A stretch of DNA of 63,845 nucleotides, the filler included. It is 4 parts of 4 records of this genome, joined end to end, with 100 filler letters (N's around TTAATTAATTAA, not from the genome) between each part and the next. Parts side by side here need not be neighbours in the genome. Positions count along the whole stretch, not along the records: positions 1 to 19,185 come from SRR2962707_2169; positions 19,286 to 38,160 come from SRR2962707_2172; 2 more parts are not named here. One strand, given 5' to 3'. The notes beneath the pieces are model-generated. The model saw nothing but the letters and a program-made list of their open reading frames with translations. It was not told the origin of the DNA and did no database searches. Positions within the stretch are counted from its first letter, which is position 1. Every line of letters starts with the position of its first letter. Position numbers and translations under genes: made by a program. Positions 10,029 to 19,693 of the stretch are shown here, one piece after another.

Positions 10029-10346
10029 ATGATCGTTTGCAGCTGCAACATTGTATCAAAAAGAGATATCCAGGACGTGATCCTGGATTTTCTCCACGCA
10101 GACGAATGGCAGCTAATCACGCCGGGCAAGGTGTTTCAGGCGGTGAGCGCGCGCGGAAAATGCTGCGGCTGTTTTCCGGGCGTGATCGACATCATCGTTG
10201 AAACGACACAGAAATATCACGCCCAGATGCAGAGCCCGGAGCCAAAGGTGGTGGACTTGCTCAACCGCATTGCCAGCCAACGGCTGCGTATGGAAAATGC
10301 AAAAAAGAGGGCGGCCGCCAAAAGGCAGTCGCCACTGGTGGCCTAA
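10029..10346 (+). CDS. bfd: Bacterioferritin-associated ferredoxin
   Basis: MIVCSCN...KCCGC [2Fe-2S] pattern directly upstream of bfr. Confidence 0.9.
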   Translation: MIVCSCNIVSKRDIQDVILDFLHADEWQLITPGKVFQAVSARGKCCGCFPGVIDIIVETTQKYHAQMQSPEPKVVDLLNRIASQRLRMENAKKRAAAKRQSPLVA

Positions 10347-10391
10347 TGGTGCAAAATGCGAAGCGTTTTCACCACAAGGACCCGGACGTTT

Positions 10392-10874
10392 ATGAAAAAG
10401 AGCAAAAAAGTTATCGAATGCCTGAATGAGGCCCTTTTCCTGGAGCTCGGCGCGGTCAACCAGTACTGGTTGCACTACCGTCTGCTGGATGATTGGGGTT
10501 ACACAAAGCTGGCGGCGAAGGAACGGGCGGAGAGCATTGAGGAAATGCAGCATGCCGACAAGATCATCGAGCGGATCATTTTCCTCGACGGTTTTCCCAA
10601 TCTGCAAACGGTTGCCCCGCTCAGGATTGGCCAGAACATCAGGGAAGTGCTCGAAAGCGATCTGGCTGGCGAGCAGGATGCATGGACTGCCTACACCAAG
10701 TCTCGCGATATCTGCGAGAAAGAGGGTGATTATGTCAGCAAGAACCTGTTCGAGGCCCTGATCGCAGATGAGGAGGGGCACATTGATTTCCTTGAAACTC
10801 AACTCGAGCTTCTCGGCAATCTGGGCGAACAGAAATATGGTCAGTTGAACGCTTCACCGGCGGATGCCGACTAA
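10392..10874 (+). CDS. bfr: Bacterioferritin
   Basis: [20 protein letters not shown] (heme Met), [12 protein letters not shown] ferroxidase ligands. Confidence 0.97.
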   Translation: MKKSKKVIECLNEALFLELGAVNQYWLHYRLLDDWGYTKLAAKERAESIEEMQHADKIIERIIFLDGFPNLQTVAPLRIGQNIREVLESDLAGEQDAWTAYTKSRDICEKEGDYVSKNLFEALIADEEGHIDFLETQLELLGNLGEQKYGQLNASPADAD

Positions 10875-10891
10875 ACAGTCAAGAGACGGCA

Positions 10892-12583
10892 ATGACAGTC
10901 GCAACACAATTACCGGGATCGGTTTTGGCCCCGGAGAGAGAATTTTATGCGCCAGTCCCTGTTCATTCACGGCAGCGTTGTATGACCGAACACTTTTCAC
11001 TACTCAACCGATTTGTATCGCCTATCCGCAGACCAGAACGCCTTGGCAGGCGGCCTTTGTCCATGCTGGTTTGCAGCCTGGCTGCAAGTGTCCTGCTCGC
11101 CTCGTTGGGTCCTGTGGCTGCCGCAGACGGCGCTGATTTTCCGGGTGTCCGTGACGACCTTACTGCCAAGGACCGCAAACGGGTTGAACAGGTGGTTCAG
11201 CCTGCGACGACGTTTCAAGCTCCCGAACAGTTCGAACGGATGCAGGGCGGCGCTGGCACATCCACCAAGCTGGTCAATCGCGATGCACTGTCGCAATTCA
11301 ATGCCAATCTGACATTCGAGCAAGAGGAAACCTTCAAACTCGGCAACGCCTTGTTCCGCAAGCTTTGGGTGTCATCCCCCTCGTCGACATTGGCATCAGA
11401 CGGTCTCGGACCTCTTTTCAACGCACGCGCATGTCAGAGTTGTCACATCAAGGATGGCCGTGGGCATCCGCCCGAAGGTGCAGCGGACGCCACCTCGATG
11501 TTTCTTCGTCTGGCGCGTCCCGCACGCACTGATGAAGAGCGCCGGGCGCTGGAAGATTTTCTGGTCGCCTCGCTACCTGACCCCACCTATGGCGGGCAGT
11601 TGCAGGATTTGGCAGTGCCCGGCCTGAAGGCCGAAGGCCGCATGGTGATTGCTTACCAGGAACAACCGGTTGAGCTGGCTGACGGCTCTGTCGTGTCCTT
11701 GCGCAAACCGAGCTACAGCGTCGAAGACCTGGGTTTCGGCCCGCTTGATCCGGAAACCACACTTTCACCACGCATGACGCCGCAGATGATTGGTATGGGG
11801 TTGATCGAAGCCATTCATCCGGCCGATATCCTGGCGCATGCTGATCCTGAAGATCGCGATGGCGATGGTGTCTCCGGCCGTGTCGCCATGGCCCGCGACC
11901 CCGCCACCGGCAAGCTTGCCCTCGGGCGGTTCGGCTGGAAGGCCCAAAATGCGACAGTGCGCCAGCAATCCTCCGGTGCTTTTGCCGGTGATATCGGAAT
12001 TTCCACGCCAGACGATCCGGCAAGCCATGGTGATTGCACGCTCCATCAAGCCGAGTGCATGGCGCTGCCCACGGGAGTGCAGTTGGACCTTGGGCAAACC
12101 GAGGCGCCTGATCCGGTGCTCGGTCTGGTAACATTCTACTCCCAGAACCTGGCTGTTCCGGCGCGTCGAGATGTGGACGCTGCCGAAGTATTGGCCGGCA
12201 AGAAGATATTTTACGATCTTGGATGCGCCACCTGTCATGTCCCCAAATATGTCACATCCCGGAAAGCCGCGACAAAGGCACACCGGTTTCAGCTGATCTG
12301 GCCTTACTCCGACTTTCTGTTGCATGACATGGGTGAAGGCTTGGCAGATGGCCAGCAGGTCGGCTCAGCCAATGGCCAGGAGTGGCGCACACCGCCGCTT
12401 TGGGGCACTGGCCTGACTGAAATCGTCAATGAGCACACGTTTTTTCTCCATGACGGGCGTGCACGCAATCTGACTGAAGCCATCCTCTGGCATGGCGGCG
12501 AAGCGGAAAATGCGCGGGATGGATTTACCGGGCTGGAAAAGACAGATCGGGACAACCTTCTCAAGTTTCTGGAAAGCCTGTGA
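10892..12583 (+). CDS. Di-heme oxidoreductase family protein (DUF1111); true start probably downstream (10982 or 11063)
   Basis: DGLGPLFNARACQSCH and CATCH (two CxxCH); GRFGWKA; WRTPPLWG; LHDGRARN..EAILWHGGE. Confidence 0.93.
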   Translation: MTVATQLPGSVLAPEREFYAPVPVHSRQRCMTEHFSLLNRFVSPIRRPERLGRRPLSMLVCSLAASVLLASLGPVAAADGADFPGVRDDLTAKDRKRVEQVVQPATTFQAPEQFERMQGGAGTSTKLVNRDALSQFNANLTFEQEETFKLGNALFRKLWVSSPSSTLASDGLGPLFNARACQSCHIKDGRGHPPEGAADATSMFLRLARPARTDEERRALEDFLVASLPDPTYGGQLQDLAVPGLKAEGRMVIAYQEQPVELADGSVVSLRKPSYSVEDLGFGPLDPETTLSPRMTPQMIGMGLIEAIHPADILAHADPEDRDGDGVSGRVAMARDPATGKLALGRFGWKAQNATVRQQSSGAFAGDIGISTPDDPASHGDCTLHQAECMALPTGVQLDLGQTEAPDPVLGLVTFYSQNLAVPARRDVDAAEVLAGKKIFYDLGCATCHVPKYVTSRKAATKAHRFQLIWPYSDFLLHDMGEGLADGQQVGSANGQEWRTPPLWGTGLTEIVNEHTFFLHDGRARNLTEAILWHGGEAENARDGFTGLEKTDRDNLLKFLESL

Positions 12584-13671
12584 TGAAACGTTTTATCGTC
12601 TCTCTTGTCGCGCTGACGATCACCGCCGGTGCTGCTACGGCGGCGCAGGATACCCCGCGTCCACCGATCGCACCGGTGCTTGAAGAGATGCTGGAGGGCT
12701 ATATCCGGCCCGGATATGCAGCGCTTGATGGTGCGGCGGTGGAACTTGGCACAGCAATGTCCACCCTCTGCAGCACCCCTTCAGAAGCCAATCTACAAGC
12801 CGCGCGATCCGCATTTCGCTTAACCGTTGACCGCTGGGGACGTATGGAATGGTTGCGGCTCGGACCGGTAATGTCCGAGAACCGTCTGGAGCGCATCCTG
12901 TTTTTCCCCGACCGCAAGGGAACCGGAAGAAAACAGGTTCAGGCAGCAATTGCATCGAAAAGCGATACCGTCACCAGCGTGGAGTCTCTTGCAGGCCAAA
13001 GCGTTGCGATGCAGGGCCTCGGTGCGATCGAATTTCTGCTTTTTGGCAGCGGCAGTGACGCGCTCAGCGGGTCAGAGGCTTCCCACCGATGCGCTTTTGC
13101 GCAGTCCGCCGCTGGCAACCTTGTCAATCTGTCAGAACAGATCATCGCCGGTTGGCGCGATGACACCGACCTCGTAGCTGTCTTTCTAAAACCCGGACCG
13201 GGCAATCCACTGTTCAGAACGGATCAGGAAGCATTGAACCTGCTTCTGGGTCAGATGATTCACGGGCTTGAAGCCATACGCGACACCCGGCTGCGTGCGT
13301 TCCTCAACAAGCAAGAGCCAACCCGGGACAGGCCGAAATCGGCTCTTTTCTGGCGTGCCGGAATGACACTGCCGTCCATCGAGGCCAATATGGAAGGCCT
13401 TGAGGCGTTGTTCAATGAAAGCGGCATCGAAATCATCTCGAAAGGCATGGCGCCCAGGCTCGCAGACGCCATTAGGTTTGAATTCAGACAGGCAATTCGA
13501 ACCGCGCACGGCCTCGATGCACCAATCAGCGACCTGCTCGCGGACCCCCAGACCCGGGATAAACTCGTCTATCTCGATTATGCCATCAAGATCATCATCG
13601 AGCGTCTTGACCAGGAATTTGCTCAGGCGGGAGGCCTTGCGGTCGGGTTCTCGTTCGGAGATGGAGATTGA
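12580..13671 (+). CDS. Second imelysin-family protein (HxxE degenerate)
   Basis: Signal peptide; RILFFPDRKG, QGLGAIEFLLF; C-terminal GFSFGDGD. Confidence 0.88.
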   Translation: MMKRFIVSLVALTITAGAATAAQDTPRPPIAPVLEEMLEGYIRPGYAALDGAAVELGTAMSTLCSTPSEANLQAARSAFRLTVDRWGRMEWLRLGPVMSENRLERILFFPDRKGTGRKQVQAAIASKSDTVTSVESLAGQSVAMQGLGAIEFLLFGSGSDALSGSEASHRCAFAQSAAGNLVNLSEQIIAGWRDDTDLVAVFLKPGPGNPLFRTDQEALNLLLGQMIHGLEAIRDTRLRAFLNKQEPTRDRPKSALFWRAGMTLPSIEANMEGLEALFNESGIEIISKGMAPRLADAIRFEFRQAIRTAHGLDAPISDLLADPQTRDKLVYLDYAIKIIIERLDQEFAQAGGLAVGFSFGDGD

Positions 13672-14744
13672 AACCTGTTGTCCTTGAAAGACGCAAGTTC
13701 CTTGCGGGCGCAGGTGTTGCCTGGCTGAGCAGCCTCACACCTGCCGGTGCCGAAAAACTGCTGGCCGCCGATAACCTGTTTGCATCCGCCTACAAGGATG
13801 CAGGCGGCAGCTATGGTGTCGCCATTCTGGATGAAGCGGCTGCAATCGTCTCAACCCATACATTGCCCGGCCGCGGTCACGGCTTTGCGGCAAACCCGCG
13901 GGTGCAATGGCTGGTCGCTTTTGCGCGCCGTCCCGGCAATTTCGCAGTTGCACTGCACCGCCGGCAGTCCATAGACCCCATTCTCTTTCACACACCCGAG
14001 GATCGACACTTCTACGGCCACGGCGTCTTTTCCGAAGATGGCCGTCTGCTCTATGCGGCCGAAAATGCGTTTGAAACAGGCGAGGGGGCCATTGGCGTCT
14101 ATGACGTCACCGACGGCTTCACCCGGATCTCGGAATTCCCGTCATACGGCGTCGGTCCCCATGAAATCGTGCTGATGCCGGACGGCAAAACGCTGTGCGT
14201 GGCCAATGGCGGCATTCGCACGCACCCGGATCAGGGACGCCAGAAGCTCAATTTACCGACCATGGTGCCCTCGATGGCTCTCATCGATACCACGACCGGT
14301 GCATTGCTTTCCTCCCACGCCCTGCCTGCAAACCTGCATCGCCTGTCTCTGCGCCACATGGCGGTCGACGCCCGCCATCAAGTCTGGATCGGCGGCCAGT
14401 ATGAGGGCGATCTTCTCGACAATGTTCCGGTTCTTGCTCGGCTCGATGACGATCAGGGCCTTGTATCTGTCGAGCTGGAAGACCATGTTGCCGCGGCACT
14501 GAACAAATATGCCGGATCTGTTGCGATCAGCAATGACGGGATGACACTTGCTGTCTCATCACCCAAAAGCGGTGTGCTGGTCAGGATTGACACGATAACC
14601 GGTAAAACTCTGGACATGGCGTTCGACGCAGGCACCTGCGGAGTTCAGGCCCGGCGGGAGGGCTTCATCAGTTCGAATGAGACCGGGCGTTTCGGTCAAG
14701 CCAGCCATCAGTGTGCCTGGGACAACCACATAGCGCGTGTCTGA
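13668..14744 (+). CDS. DUF1513 family protein, Tat-exported beta-propeller
   Basis: ERRKFL Tat-like signal; RGHG, FARRPG, RHFYGHG, GPHE, NGGIRTHP, WDNH motifs. Confidence 0.92.
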   Translation: MKPVVLERRKFLAGAGVAWLSSLTPAGAEKLLAADNLFASAYKDAGGSYGVAILDEAAAIVSTHTLPGRGHGFAANPRVQWLVAFARRPGNFAVALHRRQSIDPILFHTPEDRHFYGHGVFSEDGRLLYAAENAFETGEGAIGVYDVTDGFTRISEFPSYGVGPHEIVLMPDGKTLCVANGGIRTHPDQGRQKLNLPTMVPSMALIDTTTGALLSSHALPANLHRLSLRHMAVDARHQVWIGGQYEGDLLDNVPVLARLDDDQGLVSVELEDHVAAALNKYAGSVAISNDGMTLAVSSPKSGVLVRIDTITGKTLDMAFDAGTCGVQARREGFISSNETGRFGQASHQCAWDNHIARV

Positions 14745-15604
14745 TCTGATCCATGTTGCGCAAACCGCAGCACGGTTTTGCGGTTTTTCGCGGCATGCAG
14801 AAACAAGCAGCTTATGCGCATCACCCGGATCCGGTTGATGCCACACTCATTCATCTCTTGGAAAAACCGTTTCAAGCAGGCGAGGCAGACCTCGGTTCAC
14901 TCAAAAGAAATGCTGATTCCCGGAGGCTGAAACCGCTCCTTGACTGCAAGATTTTGCAGTCCGCGGTTAAAACTTTAGCTTTTGAGCAAGTCAAATAAAG
15001 TGCTGCGGCGTACGCAGCCGAGCTTTTTGCAGCCGGAGCGTTGTATTGCTCAGAAGATTCGTTTGAACTTGCGACGCGCATCTCTTGTATGAAGATGAAG
15101 CGAAAAACTCGCGAGTGTGGTAATCGCGATCATAATCGCGCCTATTTCAAGAACAATCATTGCTCAATCCCAGCTGACATCATTGCCATCGTCGGAGTAA
15201 CTGGTACACAGCGCAACTTGTCCGAAGCTTATGTCGCAATAAAAAGTGTTGCATGAAACTGCCCTGATCCTGGCAAGGTGAACCGAGGTTCGGACCGGCT
15301 ATATGATTAACACTGGTAACTGGCGTTAACCTTCGGGCAAGGATTAATACGTAAAAAACAATCTAATCTCCGGATTGTGGATTTGCGCGATCGTTCCGCT
15401 CCCACAAAGGCATGAAGCCGCTCCGAGGTTCCGGCCAGATCCGGATTTCCAGAATTTCATGGGCCAAGCGGCACACGGTATGAAGACGCCGGCTGATTCC
15501 TGTCAGAATAAATGACAGGTGCATCCGATGTTTGACGCTACATACGCTGCAAAGCTGGCCCAATTGGTATTTTCGGCTCAGAGCCGTCTTTTGGGGTTGA
15601 TAGC

Positions 15605-17182
15605 GTGGGGAATGTTCAAGCAAGGGTGAGGGATGCAGCGGCCGCTGATGGCCTGCGCGCGCGCCTTGACCTGACCAAGCTTGATCAAGACAGCGGAGAT
15701 CGTCTGCGCGACATGCGCCCGATGATCGAAGCCGAAGCCCGGGTCGCTTTGTCAGCCTTCTTTGAGCGCCTGCAAAACACACCCGAGATTGCTTCGCTGT
15801 TCACCTCCAGCCGTCAGATCGACCGGCTCGAAGAGCTGGAAGTCGCGCATTGGTCGATCCTGGCTGATGGCCGGTTCGACGGACTTTATGTCGATCGCTC
15901 GGTCATTCTCGGAGAGGTGCGTCAACGTATCGGGCTGGACGCCGGCTGGTCGATCGGCGGTCATGCGCTGGTGCTTGAGCGTGTCATTCGCCGCCTTGTC
16001 GATGAAAGCCGGACAGGCGTATTCAAGGCTTTCTCTCGCAAGGCCGAGCGGGCGCTTCTGGCCGATCGCCTCGTCGACGTGGTCAAGGCAACGCTTATCG
16101 ACATTGATATGCAGGTTTCGCACCGTTTGGCTCAACAGAGCAAGACGCTGACAAACAAACGCGAAAAGCAGATCACTGAAGAACGCAATCTTGTCGAGGC
16201 CACCCTCGGCGCGGCGTTGGCGCAACTTGCCGAGGGCAATCTGTCTGTGCGCATCGAGCCACAGGCCATTGAAACACACCAGCAGGCAGCTGACGATTTC
16301 AACCGCGCCGCCAGCCGTCTTGAAGACCTTATAACCGGTTCGGCGGCCAACCTGCACAAAGCCGAACAGCTTGCGGTTCAGTTGAGCGACGATCTCGAGG
16401 CTGTCCGCGTCGAAATCGAACGTTATGGCGAGAACGTGGGCGAAGAACATGACGGCCTGGCAGCGATTGCCAGCCGCATACGTCTGACGGCCGAGACCGC
16501 ATTGAAGGCTGAAACCCTGATAGCTGATGCCCGCGTGAGCGCCGAGGCTGGCGACCGGGTCGTCGGTGAGGCGATCGATGCCATGGCCGGGGTCGAGAAA
16601 TCCGCCGAACAGATCGGCAAGATCATTTCGGTCATCGAGGAAATTGCGTTTCAGACCAACTTGTTGGCTCTGAATGCCGGCATAGAGGCAGCCCGGGCCG
16701 GCGATGCTGGCCGAGGCTTTGCCGTCGTTGCCACCGAAGTTCGCGCCCTTGCACAAAGGTCTGCCGGTGCGGCCAATGAAATCAAGGATCTGGTGTCTGA
16801 CGCAAAATCCCATGTCGGACGCGGTGTTGCTCTGGTTGATCAGACACGGTCAGCCATTTCCGGTCTTGTCGACCAGGTGGGCAACATTTCAGAATCTGTC
16901 GCCGGCGTTGGCACTCAGGCACAAACCGAAGCCGATCACATCGGCGGTTCAGCCACGTCTCTCGGTCGGATTGCAGCCTTGATCAACTCCGGTGGGGCGC
17001 GCTTTGCCGGCGCTGCTGAAACCGGCGCCGATCTGCATCTTGTCATTTCCGAGCTAGGCGAACAGATCCGCCTGCACCGGCAGCAGCATCATGCCGGATT
17101 TCAAAGCGTTGAATTGTCCGCTCAGCGGGCGCCTGTCTCAACTTCACAGGCGCAGCCGTCACAACGGAGGCTCTCGCGATGA
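15605..17182 (+). CDS. Soluble globin-fold methyl-accepting chemotaxis protein (IcpA/HemAT-like)
   Basis: No TM; N-terminal protoglobin-like region; [40 protein letters not shown] hairpin; first gene of che operon. Confidence 0.9.
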   Translation: MGNVQARVRDAAAADGLRARLDLTKLDQDSGDRLRDMRPMIEAEARVALSAFFERLQNTPEIASLFTSSRQIDRLEELEVAHWSILADGRFDGLYVDRSVILGEVRQRIGLDAGWSIGGHALVLERVIRRLVDESRTGVFKAFSRKAERALLADRLVDVVKATLIDIDMQVSHRLAQQSKTLTNKREKQITEERNLVEATLGAALAQLAEGNLSVRIEPQAIETHQQAADDFNRAASRLEDLITGSAANLHKAEQLAVQLSDDLEAVRVEIERYGENVGEEHDGLAAIASRIRLTAETALKAETLIADARVSAEAGDRVVGEAIDAMAGVEKSAEQIGKIISVIEEIAFQTNLLALNAGIEAARAGDAGRGFAVVATEVRALAQRSAGAANEIKDLVSDAKSHVGRGVALVDQTRSAISGLVDQVGNISESVAGVGTQAQTEADHIGGSATSLGRIAALINSGGARFAGAAETGADLHLVISELGEQIRLHRQQHHAGFQSVELSAQRAPVSTSQAQPSQRRLSR

Positions 17183-17245
17183 GCCTGATTGAGCAACAGA
17201 TAGCAGCAAATCGCTTCCGCCCATTCACACGTAAGGATAGTCGAC

Positions 17246-17545
17246 ATGTCGTCTGACGGTACATCACCGAAGGTACTGAAACTGCCGGAGGTTCTCGACC
17301 TCAACGCAGCCAGTCGCCTGCATGAACAAGTACTCGCCCACAAGGGTGAGGACATTGATATCGACGCATCTGACGTGAGCCGGGTTGGCGCTCAATGCGT
17401 CCAGGTGCTGTTGGCAGCTGCCAAGAGCTGGCGTGCCGAGGAGCAGAATTTCAAAGTTACTCCGGCTTCGGATGTCTTCGTCAAGACTTTGCAATTATTA
17501 GGAATTTCGGATGAAGCTCTGCTTCCAAAGGAGATACTGAAATGA
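17246..17545 (+). CDS. STAS-domain chemotaxis protein (CheS/CheX-like of alphaproteobacteria)
   Basis: LPEVLDLNAA..IDASDVSRVGAQCVQVLLAA; lies between MCP and cheY. Confidence 0.88.
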   Translation: MSSDGTSPKVLKLPEVLDLNAASRLHEQVLAHKGEDIDIDASDVSRVGAQCVQVLLAAAKSWRAEEQNFKVTPASDVFVKTLQLLGISDEALLPKEILK

Positions 17546-17907
17546 AGAAGAAGGTCCTCACAGTGGACGACTCGCGGACCATCCGCAACATGTTGCTGGT
17601 CACTCTGAACAACGCCGGCTTTGAAACCGTGCAAGCCGAAGACGGTGTTGAAGGCCTGGAGGTGCTCGAGGAGTCCAATCCGGATGTCATCGTAACTGAC
17701 ATCAATATGCCCCGGCTTGATGGTTTCGGCTTCATCGAAGGCGTGAGGCAGAACGAACGCTTCCGCGCCATACCAATCTTGGTGCTGACGACTGAAAGTG
17801 ACGCGGAGAAAAAGAACCGCGCCCGTGAAGCCGGAGCAACTGGTTGGATCGTCAAGCCATTTGACCCGTCCAAACTGATCGCAGCCATTGAGCGTGTAAC
17901 CGCCTGA
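17542..17907 (+). CDS. cheY: Chemotaxis response regulator CheY1
   Basis: VDDS, TDINMP, TTES, WIVKPF receiver motifs. Confidence 0.95.
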   Translation: MKKKVLTVDDSRTIRNMLLVTLNNAGFETVQAEDGVEGLEVLEESNPDVIVTDINMPRLDGFGFIEGVRQNERFRAIPILVLTTESDAEKKNRAREAGATGWIVKPFDPSKLIAAIERVTA

Positions 17908-17920
17908 CAGGATTTTTCCT

Positions 17921-19185
17921 ATGGATATGAATGAAATCAAGGAGATCTTTTTCCAGGAGTGCGAGGAACAACTCGCAGAACTGGAATCCGGTCTACTCCG
18001 ACTCAACGATGGTGACACCGATCCGGAAACGGTGAATGCTGTTTTTCGTGCTGTACACTCTATCAAGGGTGGCGCCGGAGCCTTCGGGCTCGATGATCTC
18101 GTCTCCTTCGCACATGTGTTCGAGACAACACTTGATTGCGTTCGATCCAACAAACTGGAGGCCTCGCCAGACCTGCTGAAGGTGATGCTCAGGTCCGCTG
18201 ATGTGCTCGCTGACCTGACCGCAGCGTCACGCGATGGCGGCACAGTTGACTCCTCCCGGACCTCAGGTCTGGTGGCCGAACTCGAAGCCTACGCCAAAGG
18301 CCAGCCACTGCCGAGCGCCACCGCTCCCGCTGCTGCAGCGCCCGCACCAGCCCCTGCTCAACCGGAGGTGCCCGTTGTTGAGGCGCCAGCGGCAACCGAC
18401 GACAGCGGCTTCCAGCCTGTTCCCTTCAGCTTCGATAGTGATGATGAACTGGCCATTAGCGCAGCTTCTGTGTTCATGGTTCGCTTCAAGCCCCGCTCGG
18501 ATCTCTACGCCAAGGGCAATGAATCGGTTCTGCTGCTGCGTGAACTCGCCAAGGTTGGCGATCTCCAGGTACGTTGCGAAACAGACGATCTTCCTTCGCT
18601 GGATCAGCTGGACCCGGAAGGCGCCTATTTTTCATGGCTGATACGGGTCGAAACCGAAAGCGATGAAGAAGCCATCCGTCAGGTCTTCGAATTTGTCGAG
18701 TGGGATTCCACTGTTGAAATCACGGCTAGCGCCGATGACGAGGCCTTCTCTGCTCCGAGTGCTTCGGGTGAAGAACAGCCGATGGCAGCGATCCCGTTTG
18801 ACCTTTCGTTGCTGGAAGATGAGCCGGTCGTTCCCGTCGAGACCGCAGCACCAGAGGCTCCGGCCGCTGCCGCCGGTGAACCGGCGCTGGCCCCTGCGAG
18901 CATGCCGCTCGCAGCCAAGGCCATTGCCGCCGAAGCCGAGAAAAAGGAAGCTGCCGCTCCCGCGGTTCCTGCAGCACCGCAGACAATCCGCGTTGATCTT
19001 GACCGTGTTGACCGTCTGATCAACCTGGTTGGTGAGCTGGTTATCAATCAGGCCATGCTGGCGCAAAGCGTGGTTGAAAATGAAAGCGGTGGTTCGTCCG
19101 CCGTCAATCTGGGCCTTGAAGAACTTCAGCAGCTGACCCGGGAAATCCAGGACAGCGTGATGGCCATCCGCGCCCAGCCGGTCAA
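17921..19185 (+). CDS. cheA: Chemotaxis histidine kinase CheA, 5' part (truncated at contig end)
   Basis: FRAVHSIKGGAG Hpt domain; TIRVDLDRVDRLINLVGELVI dimerisation domain. Confidence 0.97.
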
Positions 19186-19285
19186 NNNNNNNNNNNNNNN
19201 NNNNNNNNNNNNNNNNNNNNNNNNNNNNNTTAATTAATTAANNNNNNNNNNNNNNNNNNNNNNNNNNNNNNNNNNNNNNNNNNNN
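19186..19285. other. Artificial contig linker
   Basis: N44-TTAATTAATTAA-N44 (stops in all six frames); genes on both sides are truncated. Confidence 0.98.
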
Positions 19286-19655
19286 CATCCTGCGGGACGA
19301 AGCCATGCACTTCTCGTTCGGGCTGAAAGTGGTGAACCAGATCCTGGAAGAGGAAAACATCACGCTGGACCCCAAAGCCGTGCGCGATATGTGGGACGAG
19401 TCCGAAGCCGCTGAAACCGCCTACGCCAACTACATCCTGCGGGACCCGATCCTGGGCTATTCCGCCGAGTACCACAGCGAGCAGTTCCGTTTTGTGGCCA
19501 ATCGCCGGGCCAGAACCGTTGGCCTGGACGAACCGTTCCCGGGCGCGAAGAACGTCTCACCCTGGCTGGATGAGCAGGCCACCCTGCGTAAAGAGAAAAA
19601 CTTCTTTGAAACCCGGGTCATCGAGTATCAGACCGGCGCGCAGTTGGAGTGGTAG
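19286..19655 (+). CDS. nrdB: Class I ribonucleotide reductase beta subunit, 3' part
   Basis: ILRDEAMH di-metal motif; KEKNFFETRVIEYQ C-terminus. Confidence 0.93.
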
Positions 19656-19693
19656 CAACGTACTGACCTTCAGTCCGGCGGGCTGGCCGGCAC

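Noticed and set aside
15307-15347. Full CtrA box upstream of the che operon
   Set aside because: TTAA units are 15 and 14 bp apart, not the canonical 7; half-sites at best
19230-19241. TTAATTAATTAA palindrome as a biological site (also 38205-38216 and 58380-58391)
   Set aside because: Identical each time and flanked by 44 Ns on both sides: an assembly spacer
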